Program-made: the position numbers and the translations under genes
NCBI RefSeq assembly: GCF_000150275.1
Contig: NW_002060952.1
Span: 2,408,866 to 2,472,865, forward strand
DNA from: Trichoplax adhaerens
Lineage: Eukaryota > Animalia > Placozoa
Direction: 5' to 3'
Length of the DNA stretch: 64,000 nucleotides
The notes under the pieces: generated by a model
What the model saw: only the letters and a program-made list of their open reading frames with translations
Told to the model about the DNA's origin: nothing
Databases searched by the model: none
In this document: piece by piece, positions 38,666 through 50,569 of the stretch
Layout of the letters: each line of letters opens with the position of its first letter
How positions within the stretch are numbered: the first letter of the stretch is position 1

Positions 38666-38822
38666 CGGTAAAAAGTTACTGAACCTCTGACACGTCTATC
38701 AAATGGTAATGTTAATCTTAAGGACAAAATCATTCTTAGGAATGGCCGTAACAGTAATACTATCTGTTAAATGAGCACATTATCGTAAACCGTCAGCAAA
38801 GCGACAGGAGTTTGCACTAGTA
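38666..38822 (+). repeat. Dispersed repeat, copy 2 (partner at 12475-12585), with an extra 48 bp bounded by GTAAT direct repeats
   Basis: Direct alignment by eye; GTAAT at 38706-38710 and 38754-38758. Confidence 0.9.
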
Positions 38823-39959
38823 ATGATAAAATAAGCCAATATTCCACGATCATAATTACCGTACAATAAAAGGCGATAAAATATTTCTCGCGTAATATCA
38901 ATTATTCTTCGCAATTCTTCATTGATATGATAAAAGCAGTATCTTACGAATATCGCTCTAATAAGGCTATTATTCTTTATTCTCTTATCGTATCATGTAG
39001 GTGAATGTTGTATACCAACATTAACTAATTAATTTAGGATTACAGAATTTAGAGAATCATTTTATCGTCATGCTTTATTGCTACTTCTATATTTTCTAGT
39101 ATCACTGTTGTCGAAATGACATTGCGGTAAAATCATACCATGTTGTTATACAGAATGGTATTTGCAATATACTTCGATTATACCGTAACTTGAACATTTT
39201 CTTAAATATAGGCATTTAATGCTGTTCTTAAATATGGAGATACTTACAGTCTTATTGCGTGATAGTCAAATATAGCCTATTAGGTTTAGTACTTACAGTC
39301 TGCACTATTTTCTACAATCATTTGCTATTTCATAATGTCTTATGGTATATGTTGTTATGGTATCTAATGCAACCAAATTTTCTACCGCTGACTCATCCAA
39401 CCCTCTATCTTAGGTATAGAAACAGTGAAATAACTTTAAACGAGTATTATTGCTAAGAATATGATAACATGATCAGATGTCCGCACAGGACAAACATTGA
39501 AAAAAAAAGATTAAACCTTATTCTGTTTTAGATAGCAAATATCAAAATCTAATTTAACTAGTAGAGATGTACGAATAGCAGTAACAACTTATATTGACCA
39601 TCACCTACTTAAATAAAATTATACTTGCATTATCACAGCAAGACATTGAGCAATTACTGGTAGTCTATTTTAGATGAGAATGTGTTAAGATCAAATTGCG
39701 GTAATGTGGACGTACGAATAGCAGTAACGACCTGTATTATAATAATCAATTAACAGTTGAGGATTGTTGTCTACAACACGACAATCTCTAATAATATTTT
39801 TAATCACACGACAGTATATCATTACAGTTATTCTACTATCGTAGTAAATTACTACCAGTTATACGCGAGGAGCATCAAGCTCCGTAACAAGCATCCTGCA
39901 CATAATATCGTTAGAAGTGATTGATGCTTATCGTACTCTATGTAGTAATATGAAATATT

Positions 39960-40588
39960 GCCACATACGTGTATAAATAGCAGTATGGCCAAAATTGTGA
40001 TCAAAGCTGACAGTAGAATTTTGAATGATTTCTGACAGATAGAAATAGCTTGTTTATTTTTGCCCGATTATCATATGCAACTCCCATGTTGTTATATGAT
40101 GTGGCATGATCGAGATAATTGTGATGAAGAACTGACAATTGAATTTTGAATGACTTCCCTTACATCGAAGAAGCTTCTTCATAATTGCTTTGATCTAAAT
40201 ACGCATTTCATAAATTGTTATATGACATAGCAACTTCGTGATGATAGTGCTCAAGGACTGATAATGAAATTTGAGTGATTTCTTATATATAGAAATAGCC
40301 TCTTCATCCTTACCCTGATGAACTATATGCAGCTCCTGGGTAACCATATGATTTAGCAACATTAGAATAATTACGACCAAGAACTGACAATCGAATTTTA
40401 AGTGATTTTTTATCATAAAAATAGCCTCTTCATACTTGTCCTAATGAATATACGGGGCTCCCATGTTGTTATACTTGTATGATATGGCAATATTGGGATA
40501 ATTGTGATCAAAGAATAATAATTGAATCTCGATTTACTTCTCATACATAGAAATAGCTTCTTCATACTTGCCTTGATTAGTTATTATA
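39960..40588 (-). pseudogene. Decayed continuation of the TPR array (about 5 degenerate 126-bp units with indels and stops)
   Basis: Recognisable fragments (QGKYEEAISMYEK, QGKDEEAISIYKKSLKF) lie in shifting frames beyond the ORF stop. Confidence 0.8.
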
Positions 40589-43500
40589 TTATATAATTTT
40601 GGCAGTATCGGGATGATTGTGACCAAGGGCTGATAATTGAATTTTGAGTGACTTTTCATACAAAGCAATAGCCTCTTCATGCTTACCTTGATGTCTATAT
40701 GCAGATCCAATGTTGTTATATGATTTGGCAATGTCGGGATGATTATGACCAAAGACTGACAATTGAATTTTAAGAGACTTCTCATACATAGAAATAGCCT
40801 CTTCATGCTTACCTTGATTAGAATATGCAGCTCCCATGTTGTTACATGATCCAGCAACATCGGAATGATTATGACCGCAGACTGATAATCTAATTTTAAG
40901 TGCTTTCTCATACATAGAAATAGCCTCTTCATGCTTGCCTTGATTAGAATATGCAGCGCCCATGTTGTTATATGATGCAGCAACATCAGGGTGATTATAA
41001 TCAAAGACTGACAATTTAATTTTGAGTGACTTCTCGTACATAGAAATAGCCTCTTCATGCTTTCCTTGATTAGAATATGCAGCTCCTATGTTGTTATATG
41101 ATTTGGCGATATCGGGATGCTCATGACCAAAGACCGATAATTGAATTTTGAGTGACTTCTTATACATAAAAATAGCCTCTTCGTGCTTGCCCTGATTAGA
41201 ATATGCAGCTCCCATATTGTTATATGATCTGGCGACATTGGGATGATTATGATCAAAGATTATTAATTGAATTTTGAGTGACTTCTCATACAAAGCAATA
41301 GCCTCTTCGTGCTTGCCTTGATCTAAATACTCATTTCCTAGATTGTTATATGATTTGGCAGTATCGGGATGATTATGACCAAATACTGACAATTGAGATT
41401 TGAGAGACTTCTCATACATACAAATAGCCTCTTCATGCTTACCTTGATTAGAATATGCAGTTCCCATGTTGTTATATGATTTGGCAACATCTGGATGATT
41501 ATAACCAAAGACTGATAATTGAATTTTGAGCGACTTCTTATACATAGAAATAGCCTCTCCATGTTTGCCTTGATTAGAATATGCAGCTCCTATGTTATTA
41601 TATGATCCAGCAACATCCGAATGATCATGACCAAAGACTGACAATCTAATTTTAATTGATTTCTCATACATAGAAATAGCCTCTTCATGCTTGCCTTGAC
41701 TATTATACACATTTCCTAGATTGTTATATGATTTGGCAACGTCGGGATGATTATGACCAAAGACTGACAATCTAATTTTGAGTGACTTCTCATACATAGA
41801 AATAGCTTCTTCATACTTACCTTGATCATCATACACATTTCCTAGATTGTTATATGATGCAGAAACATCGGGATGATTATGATTAAACTCTAACAGTGTA
41901 ATTTCAAGTGACTTCTCATACATAGAAATAGCCTCCTCATGCTTGCCTTGATTAAAATATACCTCTCCAATGTTGCTATATGATTTGGCAACATCAGGAT
42001 GATTATGATCATAGACTAACAATTGAATTTTGAGTGACTTCTTATACATAGAAATAGCCTCTTCATACTTGCCTTGATCATTATACACAATTCCTAGATT
42101 GTTATATGATATAGCGACATCGGGATGATTAGGACTATAGGCTGATAATTGAATTTTGAGTGACTTCTCATACATAGAAATAGCCTCTTCATGCTTGCCT
42201 TGATGCCTATATACAGATCCCATGTTATTATATGATTTGGCAACATCGGGATGATTATGATCAAAGACTGATAATTGAATTTTGAGTGACTTCTCATACA
42301 TAGAAAGAGCCTCTTCATGTTTGCCTTGATCATTATATGCAATTCCTAGATTGTTATATGATTTGGCAACATCGGGATGATAACGACCTAAGACTGATAA
42401 TCTAATTTTAAGTGACTTTTCATACATAGAAATAGCCTCTTCATGCTTGCCTTGATGTCTAAATGCAGATCCCATGTTGTCATATGACGAAGCAACATTG
42501 GGATGATTATGACCATAGGCTGATATTGCAATTTCGAGTGATTTCTTATACATAGAAATAGCCTCTTCATGCTTGCCTTGATTAGAATGTGCAGCTCCCA
42601 TGTTGTTATATAATTTGGCAACATCGGGATGATTATGACCAAAGACTGATAATTGAATTTTGAGTGACTTCTTGTACATAGAAATAGCCTCCTCAAGCTT
42701 GCCTAGATTAAAATATGCATTTCCTATGTTGTTATATGATTTGTTAATATCGGGATGACTATGATCAAAGACTGATAATTGAAATTTCAGTGACTTCTCA
42801 TACATAGAAATAGCCTCCTCATGCTTGCCTTGATTAGAATATGCCTCTCCCATGTTATTATATGATGCAGAAACATCGAGATGATTATGACCATAGACTG
42901 ACAATTGAATTTTGAGTGACTTCTTGTACATAGAAATAGCCTCTTCATGCTTGCCTTGATCATTATACACAATTCCTAGATTGTTATATGATTTAGCAAC
43001 ATCAGGATGATTAGGACTATAGACTGATAATTGAATTTTGAGTGACTTCTCATACATAAAAATAGCCTCTTCATGCTTGCCTTGATGCCTATATACAGAT
43101 CCCATGTTATTATATGATTTGGCAACATCGGGATGATTATGATCAAAGACTGATAATTGAATTTTGAGTGACTTCTCATACATAGAAAGAGCCTCTTCAT
43201 GCTTGCCTTGATTATAATACATAATCCCTAGGTTATTATATGATTTGGCAACATCGGGATGATAACGACCTAAGACTGATAATCTAATTTTAAGTGACTT
43301 TTCATACATAGAAATAGCCTCTTCATGCTTGCCTTGATCTAAATACACAATTCCTAGATTATTACATGATTTGGCAACATCGAGATTATTATGACCATAC
43401 ACTGACAATGCAATTTTGAGTGACTTCTTATACATCAAAATAGCCTCTTCATGCTTGCCTTGACGTCTATATGCAGCACCTATATTGCTATATGATTTGA

Positions 43501-43909
43501 CAACATCGGAATGATTGCAACCAAAGATTGATAATCTAATTTTGAGTGACTTTTCTAACATAGATATAGCCTCTTCATAATTACCTTGGTCGTAGTAAAT
43601 AATCCCTATCTCCTCGTATGAATTAGCGACACTCGAATTATATTCTCCTATGCACCTTAATTTTATATTAATTGATTTCATATAACTATTCAGTGCCCCA
43701 TTCCAATCTCCTTCTACTTGCTTGATATCACCAAATCTATGTAAACTTTCAGCTATCATCATTTCATCCTTTAGCTTCTCACCTATTCCTCGTGCTTTTT
43801 CTGTCAATTGTTTGGCCTTCAGGTATTCACGTTGCGGTAAATATATGGCACTAAGAAGAAGGCAGACATGATATTGAAGTCGATCAAGATCAACAGCACT
43901 TGTCGACAT
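40589..43909 (-). CDS. Intronless TPR-array protein (42-aa kinesin-light-chain/NPHP3-type repeats; 24 conserved plus about 2 divergent), 1106 aa
   Basis: Consensus HNHPDVAKSYNN(L/M/I)GxxYxxQGKHEEAISMYEKSLKIQLSVFG repeats with a 126-bp period. The ORF ends at a frameshift within a repeat. Confidence 0.93.
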   Translation of the reverse strand: MSTSAVDLDRLQYHVCLLLSAIYLPQREYLKAKQLTEKARGIGEKLKDEMMIAESLHRFGDIKQVEGDWNGALNSYMKSINIKLRCIGEYNSSVANSYEEIGIIYYDQGNYEEAISMLEKSLKIRLSIFGCNHSDVVKSYSNIGAAYRRQGKHEEAILMYKKSLKIALSVYGHNNLDVAKSCNNLGIVYLDQGKHEEAISMYEKSLKIRLSVLGRYHPDVAKSYNNLGIMYYNQGKHEEALSMYEKSLKIQLSVFDHNHPDVAKSYNNMGSVYRHQGKHEEAIFMYEKSLKIQLSVYSPNHPDVAKSYNNLGIVYNDQGKHEEAISMYKKSLKIQLSVYGHNHLDVSASYNNMGEAYSNQGKHEEAISMYEKSLKFQLSVFDHSHPDINKSYNNIGNAYFNLGKLEEAISMYKKSLKIQLSVFGHNHPDVAKLYNNMGAAHSNQGKHEEAISMYKKSLEIAISAYGHNHPNVASSYDNMGSAFRHQGKHEEAISMYEKSLKIRLSVLGRYHPDVAKSYNNLGIAYNDQGKHEEALSMYEKSLKIQLSVFDHNHPDVAKSYNNMGSVYRHQGKHEEAISMYEKSLKIQLSAYSPNHPDVAISYNNLGIVYNDQGKYEEAISMYKKSLKIQLLVYDHNHPDVAKSYSNIGEVYFNQGKHEEAISMYEKSLEITLLEFNHNHPDVSASYNNLGNVYDDQGKYEEAISMYEKSLKIRLSVFGHNHPDVAKSYNNLGNVYNSQGKHEEAISMYEKSIKIRLSVFGHDHSDVAGSYNNIGAAYSNQGKHGEAISMYKKSLKIQLSVFGYNHPDVAKSYNNMGTAYSNQGKHEEAICMYEKSLKSQLSVFGHNHPDTAKSYNNLGNEYLDQGKHEEAIALYEKSLKIQLIIFDHNHPNVARSYNNMGAAYSNQGKHEEAIFMYKKSLKIQLSVFGHEHPDIAKSYNNIGAAYSNQGKHEEAISMYEKSLKIKLSVFDYNHPDVAASYNNMGAAYSNQGKHEEAISMYEKALKIRLSVCGHNHSDVAGSCNNMGAAYSNQGKHEEAISMYEKSLKIQLSVFGHNHPDIAKSYNNIGSAYRHQGKHEEAIALYEKSLKIQLSALGHNHPDTAKII

Positions 43910-44315
43910 CGCTTGAATTCTTGCGCGTATTGAAAATTCGCGTATAATGAATAAAATTTCGCCAGATTAAGATTACCAGATAGATAGAATATTACTACTT
44001 TAACATATAATGATTTTACTGCTCATAATTGAAGGATCAATAATTCCTTTAAAAAACTGACGAAAAATAGGTACGCTCTATATCAGGTAACATATATGTA
44101 GTGAACGCACTACACAATTCAACCTTGTAACTATATCTTCCTGTAAAACCAAAATTATGATAAGTATTGCAAATAGCTTCCTTCACTGTAAAAGTCTTAA
44201 ATTTATTATCACCTGAGACTCTAATTTCCTATTGATATTCTACCGTAACGTGATAAAAGGCTGCAATAACAATTTTAGGGCGTCAACGAGTAAAAGTTAT
44301 TTTACTTAGAACCGC

Positions 44316-47156
44316 TCGTGATGCAATACTGTCAAAGTACTTGTTTGTTGCTTATTTACTTAGTTGTTTGCAAGTAATTCTATTTGAAGCATTTACTTAA
44401 GCATAATACCGAGATAGCTGTAAAAGTATATGATGGATTTATATTGTAATATAGTTGAGAGAGGAATAACTAAGTATAGCAAAAATAATTGTACTTATTA
44501 GTTTATTATTGAACCTCGTGCAATAAGACAGCATAAATAAACTGACAAAAGGATAACATTGATCATATAATTGATAGCCAAATTGACAAATATTCACATA
44601 GTATACTTTTAGCCTTAGCTACGCTATAAAACAGTTTAATGATGAAGACAAACATGTTACAAGAGCAGATATCAATTAGTGGAACAGAATTATCGGTCAT
44701 ATGAAACTTGTACTCGACGATATAAAGAGAACTTAAAAACATTTCAATTGGAATTCAATCTAATCTTTGTTTTACGACTAATAAATAAATGTGGAATAGT
44801 ACAAAGACGACCTAGGTTCAAAGTATTTATCAATAAAATTGATTATATTATAAATTAAGGATTACAATTTCCTATAAGTTTATGTTTTATAATATCTACA
44901 AATAACAGGGCCAAACGTTTAAAGATTTCCGTAAAGTAATAAATTAAATGTAAAGATGACCATATACAGTACAATACAGTCTAGTAACCTATTATTAATA
45001 GATTAATCGTATGTTCATTGCCGTAGGGTGTCTCCGCGAGTATCATATATTATTTGATAGTCTATTCATTTCCTATCTTCTTAATCGGAATTGGCTTCAT
45101 GGAATGGATAAACTAGATGGCTGGTAAAAAAGGGAACACTTTTACGTTCAACCTGCTTAGAAATATTCATAAAACATATTTATATCGGAGATCATTATCC
45201 ATTATTATGATCAACTTGACTAATCTACGAGTATACCCTGTAGCATAATCTCACTGATATAAATTAACAGATCAATTACCGAATATTTCTTTAAAAAAAT
45301 AATGACAATGACGACATAATCAATTACAGCTAAACATAGGATACAGGTGCGCTAGTCGTTTTCTTCACCGTTCAATAGAATGCACATATCGTCTCATTTA
45401 GATAGTAGTGATACTCAAGATCACAAAATTAGCCTACAGCAATAGAATTACACCCTGTAATGTAACTAGTATTGTGATTATAGACTATTAGCCATGTTTA
45501 GTATAATGTACGGTAGATATTTATCCTAAGAGATATTTGGTAGCCATAACTATAGACTGTAGTGGTATTGACTCTATGCTAGAGTACAGATGACTATATA
45601 CAGTAAGGTGTTGAGTTACTAATAAGGCTATAGGTAAAAATAAAGCTGTAAATCATATATTAGGATATGGTTAATTCATTGTACTTTGGCTGGTGTGAAT
45701 AATGTCTACGTAAGTACTATCTATAGTCGTATCCATATTGGATTAATGATGTTCCGCGGTAGAATAGTCTTACTAAGAATAATTTAACTATGTATAAAAT
45801 AAGGTAAAAGGTTGCCATGCGGATTTGTAGCTGCGAATGCTACGGAAAGTATAAAAGCATGCAACTTTAGATTATTCTGTTAGTTCGTTCTAGAAGTCTT
45901 TAGTAGTATTATTCGGCTGGAGTAGAGCTGTGTGTAGTTAATCTTTGCATAAGATTCAATAAAGCCCTTATTTTTAAATTATAACGTTAAATGGCCTAGG
46001 AATAAAATGATTACGTTACTGTTTAGGCCTAATAGTTTATCATCACAGCATAAATGAACAATGGTCAAATTACTGTTCAAGAATAAACTCGCTAACCATC
46101 TAAAAAATCTGCATATCCTCGACCTTAACCGGCCGTAGATATGAACTAATCTGACTGTTTTCAATAATTCGCAATGGTGTTATACTTTTAGGTATAACTA
46201 CAATACTCCGCTGAATGTTAAAACGAAGACACACTTGAGCTGGAGGTTTGTTGTACTTCTTGCCAATCGATTGAACAACTGGATCATTTAATAAGATTGG
46301 ATTATCGGAAACAGTTGCATCAGGCCGATTAGGTGATCAAAGCGGACAATATGCAGTTACTGCAATATCACTACGCTGGCATTGTTGGATCCATCGATTA
46401 CAAGTCATGTAAGGATGCGTTTCAAATTGATTAACTGCTGGTTTAATACTGCAATTTTCCATGATATTATCGACTTGCTTTGTATTGAAATTCGATAAAC
46501 TAATGGCTTTAACTAGGCCATCATCGACTAATCGTTCCATCGCTTTCCAAGTTGTTTTATAATCTTCGTTACTAGTAATAGGAACTCCGTCATCATCGAG
46601 CGGCAAAATATTATCGTGACCTTGAAAAATAGTACTATGTGGTTAATGAATTAGAAATAAATCTAGATACTCAAGATGAAGATTTTTCAACGCCATCTGT
46701 GTTCCTTCTTCGACACGATCAGGCTCCATCATGGTAATCTATAATTTGGATGTTACAAATAGGTCTTTACGCTGGATAATATGGTCAACGGTATCTGCAA
46801 ATGCTTGCCCAATTTCTTTTTCATTTTGATAGACACAGGCACAATCGATATGTTTATAATTATTCTTTAAAGCAGTAATTGCAATCGCCAATTGATCAAA
46901 AAACATCCAACTACTATTCTAGGGATGCTTCTACTGAATTTATAATTTTAAACTAATAGTAGAAGTAAACTAGGAACCTACATAAAGGTCTTTTTTATAT
47001 TTTTCTGTATTGAACCACTGAATACATTCTTTTCATCATCACTTTATTCATCACAAAAGTCTCCTTATATTTCGAGGGATATAAACTCGACAACTACTGA
47101 AGTGAGCTATTCATGAGTAAACTTTGGTCGATCACAATACTGTTATACTTCTGCTA
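44316..47156. repeat. Segmental duplication block: 44316-45455 ~ 59426-60655; 45977-47156 ~ 61850-63139; 44936-45780 ~ 63156-64000
   Basis: Long stretches of near-identical sequence, e.g. ctcgtgatgcaatactgtcaaagtac at 44316 and 59426, and agtaataaattaaatgtaaagatgaccatatacag in all three copies. Confidence 0.95.
45081..46876 (-). pseudogene. Aldo-keto reductase (AKR1-like) pseudogene, copy 1
   Basis: Exon 1 remnant 46876-46151 has a 111-bp deletion removing the ATG and N-terminus, the same two Trp>stop changes and AT donor as copy 2, and an extra GGA>TGA at CPL*. Exon 2 is absent. Last exon 45152-45081 encodes VERKSVPFFTSHLVYPFHEANSD*. Confidence 0.9.
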
Positions 47157-47404
47157 AGCCTAATCAACAATAAACTGTCTGAATAAGCTTGCAGGCAACT
47201 ATTAAAATCATTATTAGCCGGCTTCTTGGCAAAATATTGATTAAATATTTCATTTTATCCTCAAGATATGCTTACTTAAACTAATTCAAGTTTTATCAGC
47301 AGTACGTAAATAGATTACGTTCCCTAGTGAGTTCATTATTTCATCTTAATGACTGCCACCCGAAGAATGGCGTACCACTATTACAAGGAATAAAGGAATT
47401 CAAT

Positions 47405-47690
47405 ATTATTCGAATATAACTTACGCAGTAGCTCTGATAAAAATAAGAAGAATATTGTCTAGCGACGGATTGTTCAGTGTAATAAGACAAGGAATGAGGG
47501 AACCCAAGATGATTCGAATATAACTAAGCCAGCAACTATAAAAAATACGAATATTATCGAGCAACAGATTGTTCCGTAGAATAAGACAAGGGATGAGAGT
47601 GAATGTAACATGATTCGAATAAAACTCCGGCAGTAACTGAAAAACTTCCGAATATTATCTAGTGACAGATTATTCTGTGAAATAAATTCC
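47405..47690. repeat. Degenerate tandem repeat of ~103 bp, 3 copies
   Basis: attcgaatataact..gcag.a.ct..aaaa...gaatattatct.gc.acagattgttc.gt..aataagacaagg near 47408, 47513 and 47613. Confidence 0.8.
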
Positions 47691-50569
47691 TGATTCGGCT
47701 AGCAATAAATCCATCTTTAAAACTAGGTTCATATATAGCGTACTTCTCGTCATCAACTAAATAGGTAGACTGAAAATCGAAGTTTAGATAATTAATATAG
47801 ACCAATGATAATTATCAATAAAAACGTCTTTAGCTGACTATCACTACTCCATAATCTCTTATGATTATTTAATATGAGTTATAGAATGAGTTGCAAAATC
47901 TAGAATTGATCTGTACTACTGAATCTTAAGAAGATTTCGACGATGATTAACTACGAACTAACGACATTATATTTGCAGTATTGATCCAAATCTTAGAAAG
48001 TAGACTCCATAGAAATTATATTACTATCCGAAGCTTAGTAAGTCAGCACTTCATAATAGCATATGATTTCCTTCTTGGCTGACTAGAATTTTAACAAAGT
48101 TCATAAATGTATGTAATTAGGGTTTTTAAATAGCCTCCATACGAGATAATTACGTAGTAGATGATAACCTATAAAAGTCTTCATTACTTCCATCGTCATT
48201 ATCTGATATCGTAATGAATTAAAGATTCAGCTCTAATCAGCTCTTTAACATGAAATCGATCAATTATAATCAACTCCATTAGTTACCGAAAGGATCCTAG
48301 AGGAATATTATTAAACTAAGAAAACAAGCTTAATCTAATTGGCATTATTCCTCCATTATTTAATTCTTACTTAAGACATCTTATAAGTAAATATAAATCA
48401 CAATAAATTATTTCGGCACCTATCATATTACGGACGTAGAAAATTTTATATAGCCTTCCTATTCCATATATAATTATTGATGATATTATCGTATTGATGA
48501 GGCCGACCCAGCTAGATAACATATTCTGTTGAGACACAAAATAATTCGTATTTGTTGTTCCTGCTTTCAATGGATAATGCTATTGAATTCTACGACAATG
48601 TATCAAATAACTTGAGTCATTAACCCTGCTCTTAACGGCACTTATGCCTGCGATTTTATTGTATGAATAAAAAGTAATAACTACCGTAACTTTGTTATTC
48701 GGAGAGAGATTAAACATAATCCTATCCTCCATAAAGCTAGCATGTTTATAAGATAGATACAGTTAGCTAAGCTATTTTTTTATCTTATATGCTGTACTAT
48801 GCAGTGATAAAATAATTCACATTTATTAATTTTGCTTTTAAATAGAGAAATCGAACAAATTATGATATTTATTTAGCTATACTGCTCAGCAAAAATCATA
48901 TAACTATTTCATCACTCTATACTTTCTTCTTGCTTGAGAAATGGTCTGGAGAAATTGTAGACACGAACCAAAGTTTCTTGGTAAAATATTTTAGAGAATA
49001 TTTCTGCTTTTACAGCATACTTGTAACTACTAAGTCAATAGATCGCAGTACTATCACTGTTTCAATCACAAGAATATAAAACTGACTTCCTACAAATATG
49101 TCTTGTCTTAATGAGTGTCGATTATACGCTAAAGAAGATTCTTTATTCTTCAACTATAATATATCAACAAATGTTTATCACTATAAATTCATCTTTAGGT
49201 CGCTAATAGTATCCAAAACACACCAGTTATTATATCCAAGCAAATATCCATTTGAATTAGTAGTTATCCTTTAATTTTTCAATAGAAGTACATCCACTTA
49301 TATTTATTACAAGTACGCTAGCATTCAATTTTCATATTTCGATTCAAATTCAATGTAAAAACTTGCCAATAATCATAATCAACTAACTATTTAGTTAGAG
49401 TATTATTTATTCTCTCAATTAAGGCACATTAATTTACACTTATTATCAACTTAAATAGTTCTCATATTTCAAATACTAATGAAATGCAAAAGAATATCAA
49501 TCGTCATGGCCAAACAGCTATTTAGTTGTAGTATCCTGATCGCCCATTCATCGAAACATAGGTGTTAGTGTATTATTATCATAATTTATATACAGATTAT
49601 TAATGAAATAGAACAGAATATCCGTCATTACAATCAAATAGCCATCTAATTGCAGTATCCTTAAACTGTCTCATTTTTAAACATACTAACCAACCATCAC
49701 TAATGTAGCTCATGTTCTGATTACTAGTAAAGTATTGAGAATGCCATCAATCATGATAATGAAAATCTAAAAAATTCCTTTATAGTTTTCAATGTAGAAC
49801 AGTAATCTGCTAGTCTTCATTTAGAACACCTAAAGTTTGAAGAGCAGGAATAGATCAGCAGCGATCTATTCTCCAAAAGACCTCTTACCTTAATTATAAT
49901 TTATTAATATTAATCAATTATCATGTAGTTATTCGAGAGCAGAGGCAAAGGCATCGCTTTGCCAAGACCAATGCACGGCTAGATAGATATTTTAGAAATT
50001 TATAAAAAGTTGTGTATTTGAACTAATATTATTATCATTTTCAAAATATCTGAAAGTACTTTCATGTGATTGATTAAAATAATTAATTTAATGCCCGAAT
50101 CGTTCCTATTTAAAGATTAACTTTATTTTTTTTAATTTTACGTAATAAAATTTGAAGTTAAATATAAAAGTTAATGTGTTTCATTGTTACTTTGCTAGCT
50201 ATATAACATTTTGTAGAGGAAATTAGGGTGTCTGTTATCTGACTGTTTATCGTTAAGAATTCATATTTTTCATGTAATAAAAACAAGAGAATTCAGCAGT
50301 CATCATCCAATCATCCAATGATTAAAATGTTCTTTAGCCTTGTCCTGAAGTAATAAAATATTATTTGTCCTAAAATTCATCGGTAGAGTTTAATATTAAA
50401 TATACAAGAAAAATATCGCTAGTTGTAATCAAATCATTACCTAGTGGAACAATCAACTAATACTATATATTGTAACAAACATTTTTACTGCTTGTAATAA
50501 TGAAATGGGATGTTATTCTAAAGAGTAATCGTAAACTAGAATGAAAGCTATCAGCTTTAAACCTTGCAT

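Noticed and set aside
40534-43200. Several MKRLFLCMRSH... repeat ORFs
   Set aside because: These are shadow frames of the 126-bp TPR repeat on the same strand.
47405-47690. Micro-exons in the 103-bp repeat
   Set aside because: A GTAAGT donor is present in only one unit and no associated coding exon was found.
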